A stretch of 64,000 nucleotides of DNA, from NCBI GenBank assembly GCA_036231565.1, contig JAZAHA010000056.1, positions 26,792 to 90,791 on the forward strand, given 5' to 3'. Numbering within the stretch: the first letter of the stretch is position 1; each line of letters opens with the position of its first letter. Shown one piece after another: positions 1 to 14,259 of this stretch. The position numbers were made by a program, and so were the translations under genes. The notes beneath the pieces were generated by a model. The model did no database searches. It saw nothing but the letters and a program-made list of their open reading frames with translations, and had not been told where the DNA came from. Source of the stretch: Pseudomonadota bacterium. GTDB lineage: Bacteria > Pseudomonadota > Alphaproteobacteria > Caulobacterales > Maricaulaceae.

Positions 1-238
1 CGGCGTCGCCGAGGAATTTCACATATCCGCCAAGGGGAAAGGCCGCGATGCGCCAGACTGTGCCGCGCTTGTCACGCCAGGAGGCGACGGTCGGGCCGAA
101 CCCCATGGAAAAGGCTTCGGCATGCACACCGCACATGCGGCCGGCCCAGTAGTGGCCGAGCTCGTGGATCACGACGACGATCGAGATCAGGAAGACGAAT
201 GAGAAAATCGTGAGAAAGCCGGTGCCGATCAGGCTCAT
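1..238 (-). CDS. rseP: RIP metalloprotease RseP (5' part; runs off window edge)
   Basis: Manual translation from ATG 238: MSLIGTGFLTIFSFVFLISIVVVIHELGHYWAGR...FSMGFGP...PLGGYVKF. HExxH and GGYV motifs; follows dxr with an ATGA overlap. Not in the ORF track because it is truncated. Confidence 0.92.
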   Translation of the reverse strand, partial: MSLIGTGFLTIFSFVFLISIVVVIHELGHYWAGRMCGVHAEAFSMGFGPTVASWRDKRGTVWRIAAFPLGGYVKFLGDA

Positions 239-1449
239 GACATCGTGTTCCGTGATCTCGTTTCCACTGACAGGCCACCAATCAAGTCGCGTGCCAGCTC
301 GCGGGCCCGCCGGTCGATGGCGAACACATCCTCGAAGGCTGCAAGCGTGCGCGGCATGTCCGCATCCGCCTGAGCGAGCGCCAGAACCTCTTCAACACTC
401 GCCGTGATGTCAAGGAAGCCGATCCGCCCCGCCAGGAACGCCTCGACTGCAATTTCATTGGCAGCGTTCAGCACGGCTGGAGCAATCCCCCCTGCCCGGA
501 TCGCATCCCGGGCCAGCCGGATGGCCGGAAACCGCACAGGATCGGGGGCTTCGAACTCCAGCCGCGCGATCTGGTCCAGTCTGAGACGCTCGACAGGCGC
601 CTCCATGCGCTCCGGCCAGGCCAGCGCGCTGGCGATCGGCGTGCGCATGTCCGGCGAGCCCAGCTGGGCCAGCAGGCTGCCGTCGGCATATTCGACAAGC
701 CCGTGCACGATGGACTGGGGATGCACCACCACCTCGACCTGTTCCGGCGGAAGATCGAACAGCCAGCAGGCCTCGATGATCTCCAGCCCCTTGTTCATCA
801 TCGACGCGCTGTCGATGGTGATCTTGGCGCCCATCGACCAGGTCGGATGGGTCAGCGCATCGGTCCGGCTGGCCGCCGCCATGCGTTCGAGCGGCCAGGT
901 GCGGAAAGGCCCGCCCGACGCCGTCAGCATGATCGAGCGGATTGCGGACCTGTGCGCCCCGTTGAACACCTGGAAAACGGCGTTGTGCTCGCTGTCCACC
1001 GGCAGCAGCGTCGCGCCGCAACGCGCCGCCTCCTGCATGAATAGCGGCCCGGCACAGACCAGGCATTCCTTGTTGGCAAAGGCCAGCGCCGCGCCCTGGC
1101 GGACAGCTTCCAGCGTGGGCCGCAAGCCGGCGGCACCGACAATGGCGGCCATGGTCCAGTCAGCGGGCACCGCAGCGGCCTCGCAGACAGCGTCTTCGCC
1201 CACGCCGATGGTGATACCGGGATGCCCGGCCAGGGCCTCGCGCAATTCCGGCACAGCAGCAGGGTCTGCGATCGCGACATGCGATGCCCGGTGCTTGATC
1301 GCCTGCCGTGCCAGCTCGACGGCATTGGTGCGCGCGGTCAGCGCGACCACCTCATACGTTCCGGGCGCGGCCCGCGCGACCAGGTCGAGCGTTGCCAGTC
1401 CGACTGAGCCGGTGGCACCGAGAACGCTGATACGGCGGGGCGCGGTCAT
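235..1449 (-). CDS. dxr: 1-deoxy-D-xylulose 5-phosphate reductoisomerase
   Basis: From MTAPRRISVLGATGSVG; motifs ANKE, LPVDSEH, LTASGGPFR, WSMGAKITIDSA. Start placed at 1449 (overlaps cdsA stop); the ORF-track extension to 1824 is upstream read-through. Confidence 0.97.
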   Translation of the reverse strand: MTAPRRISVLGATGSVGLATLDLVARAAPGTYEVVALTARTNAVELARQAIKHRASHVAIADPAAVPELREALAGHPGITIGVGEDAVCEAAAVPADWTMAAIVGAAGLRPTLEAVRQGAALAFANKECLVCAGPLFMQEAARCGATLLPVDSEHNAVFQVFNGAHRSAIRSIMLTASGGPFRTWPLERMAAASRTDALTHPTWSMGAKITIDSASMMNKGLEIIEACWLFDLPPEQVEVVVHPQSIVHGLVEYADGSLLAQLGSPDMRTPIASALAWPERMEAPVERLRLDQIARLEFEAPDPVRFPAIRLARDAIRAGGIAPAVLNAANEIAVEAFLAGRIGFLDITASVEEVLALAQADADMPRTLAAFEDVFAIDRRARELARDLIGGLSVETRSRNTMS

Positions 1450-2249
1450 GCCGCCCCCCAGCCCAGCGGGATCACACGCTGGAACAGTACGGCCGTAATC
1501 ACGGCCAGCATCAGCGCATCGACACGATCCAGCACGCCGCCATGCCCCGGAATCAGCGTTCCGGAATCCTTGACGTTGAAACTGCGCTTGAACAGGGACA
1601 TCGCCAGATCGCCCAGCACGGATGCGACGGCGACGACCGCCGCAAAGACGGCCACCACCGGCAGGTTGAGATCGAAGACCGCGCCGGCCGCCACGCCTGC
1701 AGCCGTTCCGGCAGCAAGCCCGGCAATGAAGCCGGACCAGGTCTTGTTGGGACTGGCCTGGGGTATGAGTTTCGGACCGCCCAGCCAGGTCCCGGCAATA
1801 TACGCCAGACTGTCCGCAGCCCAAACGATGGCAAACAGCAGCACCACCATCGGCAGGCCGTGTTCCGGCTCGGCGCGCATGGAGGCGAGCAGGCCCGCTG
1901 CCAGCGACACATAGAGCACGCCGAGAACCTCGATCGACCAGCCGCGCCGCCAGCGCTCGATACCGCCCGCCAGCGTACCCGCAGCCCCCCAGAACAGCGC
2001 ATCCTGGGTCGAGGTCTCACCCGCCAGCAGGACCGCGCCGGACGCCGTGGCACAGGCGATGGCATAGGCGACCGGTGGCGCCTTGGGGTCGGACATCTGG
2101 ATCCATTCCCAGGCCATGGCCGCAGCGAAGGCCGCCACCCAGGCGGTAAAGACCAGCCCGCCCGTCCACAACAGGACGAGCGCCAGCGGTCCCAGCAGCA
2201 GCGCCGAGATCAGACGGCGCCGGAAGACCGGGTCACGCCGCGCCGGCAT
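1446..2249 (-). CDS. cdsA: Phosphatidate cytidylyltransferase
   Basis: Hydrophobic protein with SPNKTWSG and KDSGTLIPGHGGVLDRVD signatures; start placed at MPARRDP (2249). Confidence 0.95.
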   Translation of the reverse strand: MPARRDPVFRRRLISALLLGPLALVLLWTGGLVFTAWVAAFAAAMAWEWIQMSDPKAPPVAYAIACATASGAVLLAGETSTQDALFWGAAGTLAGGIERWRRGWSIEVLGVLYVSLAAGLLASMRAEPEHGLPMVVLLFAIVWAADSLAYIAGTWLGGPKLIPQASPNKTWSGFIAGLAAGTAAGVAAGAVFDLNLPVVAVFAAVVAVASVLGDLAMSLFKRSFNVKDSGTLIPGHGGVLDRVDALMLAVITAVLFQRVIPLGWGAA

Positions 2250-2970
2250 CGAGCCCACCATAGCGCCGGCTGCGCTGCTTGAAGGCATCGACGGCATCGG
2301 CAAAGTGCTGTGCCGAAAAGTCCGGCCACAAGACATCCAGGAAGAGGAGTTCCGAATAGGCCAGCTGCCAGAGCAGGAAGTTCGAAATCCGCTCTTCCCC
2401 GCTGGTGCGGATAAGCAGATCGACATCGGGCAGGCCATGCGTGTCGAGCGCCTGCTCAAAGGCCGCATTGTCGATGGTGTCGGGATCGATCCCGCCCTCC
2501 CGCGCGGCACGGGCCAGCGTCCGCGCTGCGCGCACCAGCTCGTCGCGTCCGCCGTAATTGAAGGCGATGGTGAGGTGAAACCGGTCGTTTGCCGCGGTCT
2601 GCGTCTCGGCCCGCTCGATGATCGCCTTGATGTCTTCGCCCAGATTGTCGCGGCGACCGATAATGCGGACCCGCACGCCGCGCGCCGCGAGCTGTTCGAG
2701 ATCCGCCTCGACATAGGTTTTCATGAGCTGGAACAGCGCTCCGACCTCGTCGGCCGGACGGTTCCAGTTTTCCGTCGAGAAGGAGAACAGCGTCAGATAG
2801 CGCACGCCGAGATCGCCGGCGGTCTCGACCGCCCTGCGCACGGTCTCGACGCCGCGCCGGTGCCCGAAGGCCCGCGGCCGGCCGCGGGATTTTGCCCAGC
2901 GGCCATTGCCGTCCATGATGATCGCCACATGGGCGGGCCCCGGCTGGGAAGCGGAAGCGTCGTCGGTCAT
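2233..2970 (-). CDS. uppS: Isoprenyl transferase / undecaprenyl diphosphate synthase
   Basis: HVAIIMDGNGRWA, FSTENWNRP, IRTSGEERISNFLLWQ. Start 2970 (MTDD) or 2985. Confidence 0.96.
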   Translation of the reverse strand: MTDDASASQPGPAHVAIIMDGNGRWAKSRGRPRAFGHRRGVETVRRAVETAGDLGVRYLTLFSFSTENWNRPADEVGALFQLMKTYVEADLEQLAARGVRVRIIGRRDNLGEDIKAIIERAETQTAANDRFHLTIAFNYGGRDELVRAARTLARAAREGGIDPDTIDNAAFEQALDTHGLPDVDLLIRTSGEERISNFLLWQLAYSELLFLDVLWPDFSAQHFADAVDAFKQRSRRYGGLDAGAA

Positions 2971-2993
2971 GGGTTCGCTCCGCAAGCGGGGGA

Positions 2994-3560
2994 TCAGACC
3001 TGCATGATCTCTTCTTGCTTGGCCTTCAGGCTCTCATCGATCCGCTTGATCGCATCATCCGTCAGTTTCTGCACGTCATCGGCGAAGGATTTGTGCTCGT
3101 CCTCGGACAGCACGCCATCCTTTTCCATCTTCTTCAGCGCGTCCATGCCGTCGCGGCGCACATTGCGCACGGCAACGCGGGCGTGCTCGGCATAGGTGCC
3201 GGCCAGTTTGGCGATCTCGGCGCGGCGTTCCTCATTGAGCGGCGGGATCGGAATCCGCAGCAGCTGGCCTTCCATCACCGGGTTCAGGCCGATACCGGAA
3301 TTGCGGATCGCCTTGTCAACGGCGGCAACCATGGTCTTGTCCCACACCTGGACCGAGATCATGCGCGGCTCGGGCACAGAAACCGTGGCCACCTGGTTGA
3401 TCGGGGTCGGCGTGCCATAGGCCTCGACCTTGATCGGATCGAGCAGGCCGGCGCTGGCGCGGCCGGTGCGCAGACCGCCGAATTCCTTGCGCAGGGCTTC
3501 GATCGCCCCGTCCATGCGCCGCTTGAGGTCGGCTTCGTCGAAATCGATATCGTCGCTCAT
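2994..3560 (-). CDS. frr: Ribosome recycling factor
   Basis: [28 protein letters not shown]; standard pyrH-frr-uppS order. Confidence 0.97.
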   Translation of the reverse strand: MSDDIDFDEADLKRRMDGAIEALRKEFGGLRTGRASAGLLDPIKVEAYGTPTPINQVATVSVPEPRMISVQVWDKTMVAAVDKAIRNSGIGLNPVMEGQLLRIPIPPLNEERRAEIAKLAGTYAEHARVAVRNVRRDGMDALKKMEKDGVLSEDEHKSFADDVQKLTDDAIKRIDESLKAKQEEIMQV

Positions 3561-3576
3561 GGCTTGCTCTTTCCTG

Positions 3577-4377
3577 TTATTTGCCAGCTGACGGAGCGGG
3601 TCGCGGCTTGCCGATCATGGTGCACACGCCCTGGCCAGCCAGGACGCGGGCCAGGCCGCCCTTCTCGTGAATGCTGAAGACGACGATCGGAATGGCGTTT
3701 TCCCGCATCAGCGTGACCGCCGAGGCGTCCATCACCTTGAGGTCGCGCGTCAGGACGTCGAGATAGTCGAGCTGATCATAGCGCTCAGCATTCGGGTTCT
3801 TGCGCGGATCGTCGGAGTAGACACCGTCGACCTGCGTGCCCTTGAGCAGCGCATCGCAGCCCATTTCGGCCGCACGCAGAGCTGCAGCCGTATCGGTCGT
3901 GAAGAAGGGATTGCCCGTGCCGGCGGCGAAGATCACCACCCGGCCCTTTTCCATATGGCGGGTGGCGCGTCGCCGGATATAGGGCTCGCACACCGTGGTC
4001 ATGGGAATGGCGGACTGGACGCGCGTCTGGACGCCGATGCGTTCCAGAGCGGTCTGCATGGCCAGCGCATTCATCACGGTCGCCAGCATGCCCATATAGT
4101 CGGCCGCGGCCCGGTCCATGCCCTTGGCGGCACCGGTGAGACCGCGAAAGATATTTCCGCCGCCGATCACCAGGCAGATTTCGGTACCGGCGCGCACGGC
4201 CTCGGCGACCTCCGACGCGATACGATCTGCCGTCGGCATATCGATCCCGTAATTCTGGTCGCCCATCAGGGCTTCGCCGGAAATCTTGAGCAGAACCCGC
4301 CGGAATTGCGGCGGGTTCTCTTGGCCTGAAACCGGCCCGGATGCAGATGAATCAGTCCCGGCGTGCAGCATATACAA
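3577..4377 (-). CDS. pyrH: UMP kinase
   Basis: [33 protein letters not shown]. The true start may be a few codons downstream. Confidence 0.96.
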   Translation of the reverse strand: MYMLHAGTDSSASGPVSGQENPPQFRRVLLKISGEALMGDQNYGIDMPTADRIASEVAEAVRAGTEICLVIGGGNIFRGLTGAAKGMDRAAADYMGMLATVMNALAMQTALERIGVQTRVQSAIPMTTVCEPYIRRRATRHMEKGRVVIFAAGTGNPFFTTDTAAALRAAEMGCDALLKGTQVDGVYSDDPRKNPNAERYDQLDYLDVLTRDLKVMDASAVTLMRENAIPIVVFSIHEKGGLARVLAGQGVCTMIGKPRPAPSAGK

Positions 4378-4378
4378 C

Positions 4379-4404
4379 GCGGCGGCGCTTTAAAGCGCCG
4401 CCGC
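4379..4404. terminator. Perfect 26-bp palindrome just downstream of tsf
   Basis: GCGGCGGCGCTTT|AAAGCGCCGCCGC. There is no clear U-tract on the - strand, so it may be a processing or stabilising hairpin rather than a terminator. Confidence 0.45.
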
Positions 4405-4415
4405 TTTCAGTGTGA

Positions 4416-5351
4416 TCAGGACTGGCCAGTCGCAGCAGCGACCTCGGCGGCAAAGTCCTCGGACTTCTTCTCGACGCCTTCTCCCAGCGCCATGCGCGCG
4501 AAGCCGGAAATCTCGACCGGCGTGCCCAGTTCCTTGGAGGCATCGGCCAGCACCTGCTCGATGGTGCGATCCGGGTCCATGACGAAAGCCTGCTTCAGCA
4601 GCACGACTTCCTCGTAGAACTTGCGCATGCGGCCTTCCACCATCTTCTCGATGATGTTTTCCGGCTTGCCGGACTGACGCGCCTGGTCGGCGAAGACTTC
4701 GCGTTCCTTGTCCGCCAGGGCCGAGTCGACGCCATCGACATCGACGGAGACGGCCACGGCCGGGGAACCAGCCGCGACGTGCATCGCGATCTTGCGGCCC
4801 AGCTCGGCCAGCTTGGCGGCATCGCCGCCCGACTTCAGGCCGACCAGGACGCCGATGGCGCCCATGTCGTCCGCAGCCGGATTGTGCACATAGCTGGCGA
4901 CCACGCCCGGCTCGGCCGTCACGACGGCAGCACGGCGCAGCGTCATGTTCTCGCCGATCGTGGCGATCAGGTTGGTCAGCTTGTCCTCGACGGTTTCGCC
5001 GGAGGCCAGCTTGGCAGCCTTGAGGGTGTCCACATCGCCGGACGTGCCGATCGTGAGCGCGGCAATTTCCTTCACCGCAGCCTGGAACTTCTCGTTCCGG
5101 GCGACGAAGTCGGTTTCCGAGTTCACTTCGACGACGGCGCCCTGGCCGCCTTCGGTTGCCACGGCAACGAGGCCTTCGGCAGCAACGCGGTCAGCCTTCT
5201 TGGCAGCCTTGGACAGACCCTTCTTGCGCAGCCAGTCAACGGCGGCTTCGAAGTCGCCATCGGTCTCGTTCAGCGCCTTCTTGCAGTCCATCATGCCTAC
5301 GCCGGTCTTTTCGCGCAGTTCCTTGACGAGAGCAGCAGTAATCGCGGCCAT
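4416..5351 (-). CDS. tsf: Elongation factor Ts
   Basis: [33 protein letters not shown]. Confidence 0.98.
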   Translation of the reverse strand: MAAITAALVKELREKTGVGMMDCKKALNETDGDFEAAVDWLRKKGLSKAAKKADRVAAEGLVAVATEGGQGAVVEVNSETDFVARNEKFQAAVKEIAALTIGTSGDVDTLKAAKLASGETVEDKLTNLIATIGENMTLRRAAVVTAEPGVVASYVHNPAADDMGAIGVLVGLKSGGDAAKLAELGRKIAMHVAAGSPAVAVSVDVDGVDSALADKEREVFADQARQSGKPENIIEKMVEGRMRKFYEEVVLLKQAFVMDPDRTIEQVLADASKELGTPVEISGFARMALGEGVEKKSEDFAAEVAAATGQS

Positions 5352-5387
5352 CGGTATCTCCTGGATTATCGCTCGTGAAATCGAAGC

Positions 5388-6242
5388 TTACGCTTCGGTC
5401 TTGTCAGATTCAGACGACGTTTCCGTGGCAGCCTCGTCAGCCTTGGCGGCTTCGGCTTCCGTGGCAGCGGTCTCTTCGGCGGCGGTTTCCTCGACCAGCG
5501 CCTCGACCGGCGCTTCGGCTTCGCCCAGATCCATGCCCATGGCCATCTGGCTGTCGGCCATGCCGTCCAGCACAGCGTCGGCGATCAGGTCGCAGTACAG
5601 GGCGATCGCGCGCGAGGCGTCGTCATTGCCCGGGATCGGGAAGTCGATCGGGTCCGGATCGCAGTTCGTGTCGACCACGGCGATGACCGGAATGCCCAGC
5701 TTCTTGGCTTCCTGGATGGCGATGCCTTCCTTGTTCGTGTCGATCACGAACATCAGGTCCGGCGTGCCGCCCATGTCCTTGATACCGCCGAGCGAGCGAT
5801 CGAGTTTCTCGCGCTCGCGGGTCAGCATCAGCTGTTCCTTCTTGGTCAGACCGGCCAGGCCGCCCTCACCTTCGAACATGGTTTCCAGCTCGCGCAGACG
5901 GGCGATCGAGTTGGAGATGGTGCGCCAGTTGGTCAGCGTACCGCCGAGCCAGCGCTGGTTCATGTAGTACTGGGCGCAGCGCGATGCTGCCTGGGCCAGC
6001 GGTTCCTGGGCCTGGCGCTTCGTGCCGACGAACAGGACGCGACCGCCCTTGGCAGCCGTTTCGCGCACCTTCACCAGGGCCTGGTGGAGCAGCGGGACGG
6101 ACTGGGACAGGTCGATAATGTGGATGTTGGAGCGTTCGCCAAAGATGAAGTCCTTCATCTTCGGGTTCCAGCGGTGGGTCTGGTGACCGAAGTGACAGCC
6201 GGCTTCGAGCAGCTGGCGCATGCTGAATTCAGGGAGAGCCAT
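5388..6242 (-). CDS. rpsB: 30S ribosomal protein S2
   Basis: From [29 protein letters not shown]; [11 protein letters not shown]; acidic C-terminal tail. Confidence 0.98.
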   Translation of the reverse strand: MALPEFSMRQLLEAGCHFGHQTHRWNPKMKDFIFGERSNIHIIDLSQSVPLLHQALVKVRETAAKGGRVLFVGTKRQAQEPLAQAASRCAQYYMNQRWLGGTLTNWRTISNSIARLRELETMFEGEGGLAGLTKKEQLMLTREREKLDRSLGGIKDMGGTPDLMFVIDTNKEGIAIQEAKKLGIPVIAVVDTNCDPDPIDFPIPGNDDASRAIALYCDLIADAVLDGMADSQMAMGMDLGEAEAPVEALVEETAAEETAATEAEAAKADEAATETSSESDKTEA

Positions 6243-6257
6243 CGATTTTTCCTTTTC

Positions 6258-6345
6258 CGGTTGGCCTCCACGGAGCGGAGCCGTCCGCACATGCGAACGG
6301 CACCGGAGCGTCAGGCCTTCGGCCGGACGATGCCCCGTGTGCGTG
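6258..6345 (-). ncRNA. Probable rpsB 5' leader (t44-like S2 autoregulatory RNA)
   Basis: The - strand reads CACGCACACGGGGC...CTCCGTGGAGGCCAACC. The CACACG...CGTGGAGGC.AACC ends resemble the t44/rpsB leader as I recall it. It lies below a TTGCCA-N18-TATAAG promoter (6384-6355). Confidence 0.55.
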
Positions 6346-6454
6346 ATGGCGCGGCTTATAGGCGCAAGACGACCGGTTTGGCAAGCGGGGCAAGGCGCAC
6401 CAGGTGCAGCGGATCACACGGGCTTGTGCCGATATCCGGCACGTCACGCCAAGG

Positions 6455-9898
<3,444 letters not shown>

Positions 9899-10104
9899 CG
9901 CCCGCTCCGTCAGCGCTTCAGAACCGCCTCGCCACGCGCATCACCGGGACAGACGCCCGGGAATCCGGGCCGGAACCGGCCGCCGCGAGTCGAGACATCA
10001 ACAAACTACGCCAGGAACGCGTCAGGCGAAATCAGGCTTGCGGGCCCGATCTCAGTAAACGCGGCCGGAAAGGACTCCGGCACATACCACCAAGCCCGCG
10101 CGCC

Positions 10105-10200
10105 TCAAGCCGCGCCGAGCACGCTTCCCCACATGGCGATCATCCAGGCGAACCCGAGCACAGCCGTGGCGGCAGAGACATCTTGAAGAACGCGGCGCAT
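10105..10200 (-). CDS. sidA: 31-aa membrane peptide, SidA-like SOS cell-division inhibitor
   Basis: MRRVLQDVSAATAVLGFAWMIAMWGSVLGAA*, with GGAGG 5 nt upstream, LexA boxes upstream, and a position directly upstream of dnaE as for Caulobacter sidA. Below the ORF-track length cutoff. Confidence 0.82.
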   Translation of the reverse strand: MRRVLQDVSAATAVLGFAWMIAMWGSVLGAA

Positions 10201-10219
10201 GACAACCTCCCGAATTCAT

Positions 10220-10234
10220 GTTCCGGTTTTGTTC
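10220..10234. promoter_or_regulatory. Alphaproteobacterial LexA box 1 (GTTC-N7-GTTC)
   Basis: GTTCcggttttGTTC; overlaps the -10 of a - strand promoter TTGACG(10259-10254)-N17-TAGAAC(10236-10231). Confidence 0.85.
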
Positions 10235-10266
10235 TATTTCGGCTCAGGCATGACGTCAAGCAGAAA

Positions 10267-10281
10267 GTTCCACAAATGTTC
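10267..10281. promoter_or_regulatory. Alphaproteobacterial LexA box 2
   Basis: GTTCcacaaatGTTC, just upstream of the same -35. Confidence 0.75.
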
Positions 10282-10304
10282 CGTCAGACGTGTTCCGGGA
10301 ATAT

Positions 10305-11000
10305 CTAGCCGATTTCCGGGCTGTAGGGCGCAAGGTGCCCGTCCTCGAACGTCACGACGCGATCCATCTTCGCGGCGAGCTCGTGATTGTGCGTCGCCAC
10401 CAGGGCCGCGGCCCCGGCGTCGCGCACGGTCTCGCGGAAAGCCTCGAACACGGTCGCCGAGGTGGTCGGGTCGAGATTGCCGGTCGGCTCATCGGCCAGC
10501 AGTGCATGCGGGGCATTGGCCAGCGCGCGGGCAATGGCCACGCGCTGCTGCTCGCCGCCGGACAATTGCGAGGGCTGGTGGGTGGCGCGATCGGACAGGC
10601 CCAGACGCTCGAGCAGGGCATCGGCCCGCGCGATGGCGGCCTTGCGCGGCACACCGCCGATCAGCTGCGGCAGCACGATATTCTCGCGCGCATCGAATTC
10701 GGGCAGCAGATGGTGGAACTGGTAGACAAAGCCGATATCCCGACGGCGGATGGCCGTGCGTTGCCGGTCGGACAGGCCGCTTGTCGCAGCACCGCAGACG
10801 ACCACTTCACCCCCGTCGGGCCGTTCCAGCAGACCCGCCGCATGCAGCAGCGACGACTTGCCGGATCCGGAGGGTCCGACCAGGCCGACAATCTCGCCGG
10901 GCATCAGGGTCAGGCTGACCCCGCGCAGCACTTCCAGCGTGTCGGCTTCGGTCACATAGGTGCGCACGATGTCGCGCAGATCGAGGACGGGATCACTCAT
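10305..11000 (-). CDS. lolD: Lipoprotein-releasing ABC transporter ATP-binding subunit
   Basis: [47 protein letters not shown]; adjacent to lolE. Confidence 0.93.
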   Translation of the reverse strand: MSDPVLDLRDIVRTYVTEADTLEVLRGVSLTLMPGEIVGLVGPSGSGKSSLLHAAGLLERPDGGEVVVCGAATSGLSDRQRTAIRRRDIGFVYQFHHLLPEFDARENIVLPQLIGGVPRKAAIARADALLERLGLSDRATHQPSQLSGGEQQRVAIARALANAPHALLADEPTGNLDPTTSATVFEAFRETVRDAGAAALVATHNHELAAKMDRVVTFEDGHLAPYSPEIG

Positions 11001-12309
11001 AGCGCAGCGCCTCCACGGGATCGAGACGGGCGGCCCGCCAGGCCGGCGGCAACGTCACCAGCAACGAGACGATGAAGCCGAAGATGGAGATGAAGGCCAC
11101 CTCGCCCCAGTCCAGCTTGGCCGGAATGCGATAGAGGAAATAGACGCTGGGATCCCAGGGATTGGTGCCGGTCGTCCAGGTGATGAAATCCTGGATCGGG
11201 CCGATATTCACCACGAAAAGAATGCCCAGGAGGATGCCGGCCAGCGTGCCCAGAACGCCGATCGAGGCCCCGACGATCAGGAAAACCCGCATCACGGACG
11301 CCTGTGTGGCGCCCATCGTGCGCAGGATGGCGATGTCGCGCCCCTTGTTCTTAACCAGCATCACAAGGCCGGAGATGATGTTCATCGCGGCGATCGCGAC
11401 AACGATCGACAGGATGAGCCGCATCGCCGTGCGCTCGAACTCGAGCGCGTTGTAGAAGGCCGGATTGAGCTGGGTGTAGTCATAGGCTGCCGCATCGGGA
11501 CCGGCGAGCGCACCGATGCTTCCCACCATGCTGGCGGCCATGTCCGGATCGGTCAGCCGCACCTGGATCTGGTCGGTCCCCTCGCCCTTGGCAAAGAAGA
11601 CGCGTCCCTGGTCCAGCGGCATGAAGGCCGCACTCTCGTCGATGGTCGACACGCCGGCGGCCAGGACGGCGCCGACATAATAGGCTTTCTGGTTGGGCCG
11701 CGTCCCGAATGCTGTCGGCGTGCCGCGAGCGGTGGTGAAGGTCACCCGGTCGCCAACCCCGACAGCGAGACGCCGGGCAATCCCCGAGCCCAGGATGATC
11801 GTGTCACCGCCATTATGGCCCTCACCGAACCCGTCGAGACTGCCCTCGACGAGACCGGTGCGGCCGTCCGGCGCGGGATTGGCAATCACGTCCAGCGCGG
11901 CCACATCCTCGGGCTGGGTGCCGAGCACGACGATGACGCTCTGATAGCGCTCGGAGGAGGCCAGGACCTGGCCCTGGACCACCGGATCGGCGCTGACCAC
12001 GCCCGGCATCGCCTCAAGCTCGCGCACCAGCGCATCGACGCGCTCGGCGTCAAGATTGCGTGTATCGACATAGACATGCGGCTGAAAGCCGAGAAGCTGG
12101 CTGAAGAGCTCGGCCCGGAAACCGTTCATGATCGACATGACAGCGATCAGGCCGAGAACGGCCAGGGTGATCCCGCCAAAGGAGATCATGGCAATCAGTG
12201 CCACGCCGCCATGCTTCCGCCGGGCCCGCAGATAGCGGAAGGCCAGCATGAATTCATAGGGCGAGAAAGGGCGTGCGCCCCCGGCTGCACGGACTGCAGG
12301 ATCAGCCAT
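10993..12309 (-). CDS. lolE: Lipoprotein-releasing ABC transporter permease LolC/E
   Basis: [51 protein letters not shown]. Start placed at 12309. Confidence 0.92.
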   Translation of the reverse strand: MADPAVRAAGGARPFSPYEFMLAFRYLRARRKHGGVALIAMISFGGITLAVLGLIAVMSIMNGFRAELFSQLLGFQPHVYVDTRNLDAERVDALVRELEAMPGVVSADPVVQGQVLASSERYQSVIVVLGTQPEDVAALDVIANPAPDGRTGLVEGSLDGFGEGHNGGDTIILGSGIARRLAVGVGDRVTFTTARGTPTAFGTRPNQKAYYVGAVLAAGVSTIDESAAFMPLDQGRVFFAKGEGTDQIQVRLTDPDMAASMVGSIGALAGPDAAAYDYTQLNPAFYNALEFERTAMRLILSIVVAIAAMNIISGLVMLVKNKGRDIAILRTMGATQASVMRVFLIVGASIGVLGTLAGILLGILFVVNIGPIQDFITWTTGTNPWDPSVYFLYRIPAKLDWGEVAFISIFGFIVSLLVTLPPAWRAARLDPVEALRYE

Positions 12310-13636
12310 CGGCAAACGCCCTTTCGGCGAGACGGTTGACGGCATCCTCGGGCGAGAGCTCGTGGGTTTCGCCGGTGCGGCGCACTTTCAGCTCCACCTT
12401 GCCTTCTTTCAGACCGCGCGGCCCGATCACAAGCTGGTAGGGCAAGCCGATCAGGTCGGCCGTGGCGAACTTGCCCCCCGGACGTTCCGACGTATCGTCA
12501 TAGAGCGGGTCGAGACCGGCTTCCGTGAGCTTGCCGTAGGCGTCTTCGCAGGCCGCATCGGCCTCGCCGTCGCCGGCGCGCAGATTGAGAATGCCGACAC
12601 CGAAGGGCGCGACTTCCTCGGGCCAGATACAGCCCTTCTCGTCGTGATGGGCCTCGATGATCGCACCCAGGAGGCGCGACACGCCGACGCCGTAGGAGCC
12701 CATATGCACCGCCCGCTCCTTGCCATCGGGATGCGTGACCAGGGCTTTCATCGGATCGGAATACTTGGTGCCGAAATAGAAGATATGGCCCACCTCGATG
12801 CCGCGCGCCGTCAGACGGCGATCCTCGGGCACCTGGGCGAACACGTCGGGTTCATGCATCTCGTCGGTCGCGGCATAGAGCGCGGTGCGCTGGTCGACCA
12901 GCGGCTGCAGATCGCCGTCGAAATCGACGTCCGTGCCGGGTGCGCCCATGTCGACGAGGTCGGCATGGCAGAACACCTCGCTCTCGCCGGTTTCCGCCAG
13001 CACGATGAACTCGTGCGACAGATCGCCCCCGATCGGCCCGGTATCCGCCTTCATCGGCACGGCCTTCAGACCCATCCGCGAGAAGGTGTTGAGATAGGCG
13101 ATAAACATCTTGTTGTAGGAGCGGCGCGCCGCCTCTTCGTCCAGATCGAAGGAATAGGTGTCCTTCATCAGGAATTCGCGGCCGCGCATCACGCCGAAGC
13201 GCGGGCGGATCTCGTCGCGGAACTTCCACTGGATATGGTAGAGCAGCTTGGGCAGATCCTTGTAGGACCGGCAATAGGAGCGGAAGATCTCGGTGATCAT
13301 CTCCTCATTCGTCGGCCCGAACAGCATGTCGCGCTCGTGACGATCCGTGATGCGCAGCATCTCCGCGCCGTAATCGTCATAGCGGCCGCTTTCGCGCCAC
13401 AGATCGGCCGACTGGATGGTCGGCATCAGCAGTTCCACCGCACCGGCGCGGTTCTGCTCCTCGCGCACGATCTGCTCGACCTTCTTGAGCACCTTCAGAC
13501 CCAGCGGCAGCCAGGAATAGATGCCGGCGGATTGCTGCCGGATCATGCCGGCCCGCAGCATCAGCTGGTGCGAGACGATCTGGGCGTCGGAGGGGGTTTC
13601 CTTGAGGACGGGCAGAAAGAAGCGGGACAGGCGCAT
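12302..13636 (-). CDS. proS: Proline--tRNA ligase (short form without editing insert)
   Basis: [52 protein letters not shown]. Confidence 0.97.
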   Translation of the reverse strand: MRLSRFFLPVLKETPSDAQIVSHQLMLRAGMIRQQSAGIYSWLPLGLKVLKKVEQIVREEQNRAGAVELLMPTIQSADLWRESGRYDDYGAEMLRITDRHERDMLFGPTNEEMITEIFRSYCRSYKDLPKLLYHIQWKFRDEIRPRFGVMRGREFLMKDTYSFDLDEEAARRSYNKMFIAYLNTFSRMGLKAVPMKADTGPIGGDLSHEFIVLAETGESEVFCHADLVDMGAPGTDVDFDGDLQPLVDQRTALYAATDEMHEPDVFAQVPEDRRLTARGIEVGHIFYFGTKYSDPMKALVTHPDGKERAVHMGSYGVGVSRLLGAIIEAHHDEKGCIWPEEVAPFGVGILNLRAGDGEADAACEDAYGKLTEAGLDPLYDDTSERPGGKFATADLIGLPYQLVIGPRGLKEGKVELKVRRTGETHELSPEDAVNRLAERAFADG

Positions 13637-13738
13637 GGGTGGGGAATTCCGCGATAAGAGGTTCAGCCCCCATTAGAACGCGTTGGGAAGCGATGACAAG
13701 GCACCTTCCCCGCCTCTGTCAGTCCTTCGCCGTGGCTC

Positions 13739-14107
13739 TCAGGCCTTCAGCGTCACACCGCTCTCGTCCGTCACCGCCTTGGCGTAACAGGCCCGGTCGA
13801 TATCGCTGACCTCGACGGTGATCGAGGCGACCGGCGTATCCAGCGCCTGCACGGCAGACAGGACGAGGTCGGCCATCGCCGCCTTCTGCGCCGGCGTGCG
13901 CCCCGGCATGATCCGGGCTTCGGCGTGGATGAAGGAATAATTGTTGCGGCCATTGCGGTAGTGGCTGACGGGCACGACGCGCACCTTGATGTCGTTCGGA
14001 TCGAAAAGCTCGCTCGCCTCCATGCCGTGAAACACCGCATCGACCAGCCGTTCGGGCGTCAGGCCCAGGGCGTCGAGATCGGAATGGTGCAGGATGACGT
14101 GCGGCAT
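13739..14107 (-). CDS. Tautomerase-superfamily protein (5-carboxymethyl-2-hydroxymuconate isomerase-like)
   Basis: N-terminal Pro (MPHVILHHS), IKVR, GRTPAQKAAMA pattern; 122 aa. Confidence 0.7.
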   Translation of the reverse strand: MPHVILHHSDLDALGLTPERLVDAVFHGMEASELFDPNDIKVRVVPVSHYRNGRNNYSFIHAEARIMPGRTPAQKAAMADLVLSAVQALDTPVASITVEVSDIDRACYAKAVTDESGVTLKA

Positions 14108-14159
14108 GGTTCGGGCTCCGGTTGAGGGTCATATCCTCCAAGACATGGCGTCAGTCCAT

Positions 14160-14196
14160 GCCGGATACAATCGCAAGGCCGGATACAATCGCAAGG
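14160..14196. repeat. Exact 18-bp tandem duplication in a divergent intergenic region
   Basis: GCCGGATACAATCGCAAG x2 followed by G. Confidence 0.9.
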
Positions 14197-14259
14197 ATCG
14201 GGTGGGCGCAGTCATCGGCCGGCGGCACAAGGTGGCCATCACACCAAGGAGTGCCCGAG

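Noticed and set aside
235-2714. Extended ORF-track starts for dxr (1824) and cdsA (2714)
   Set aside because: They overlap the upstream genes extensively; family homology begins at 1449 and 2249.
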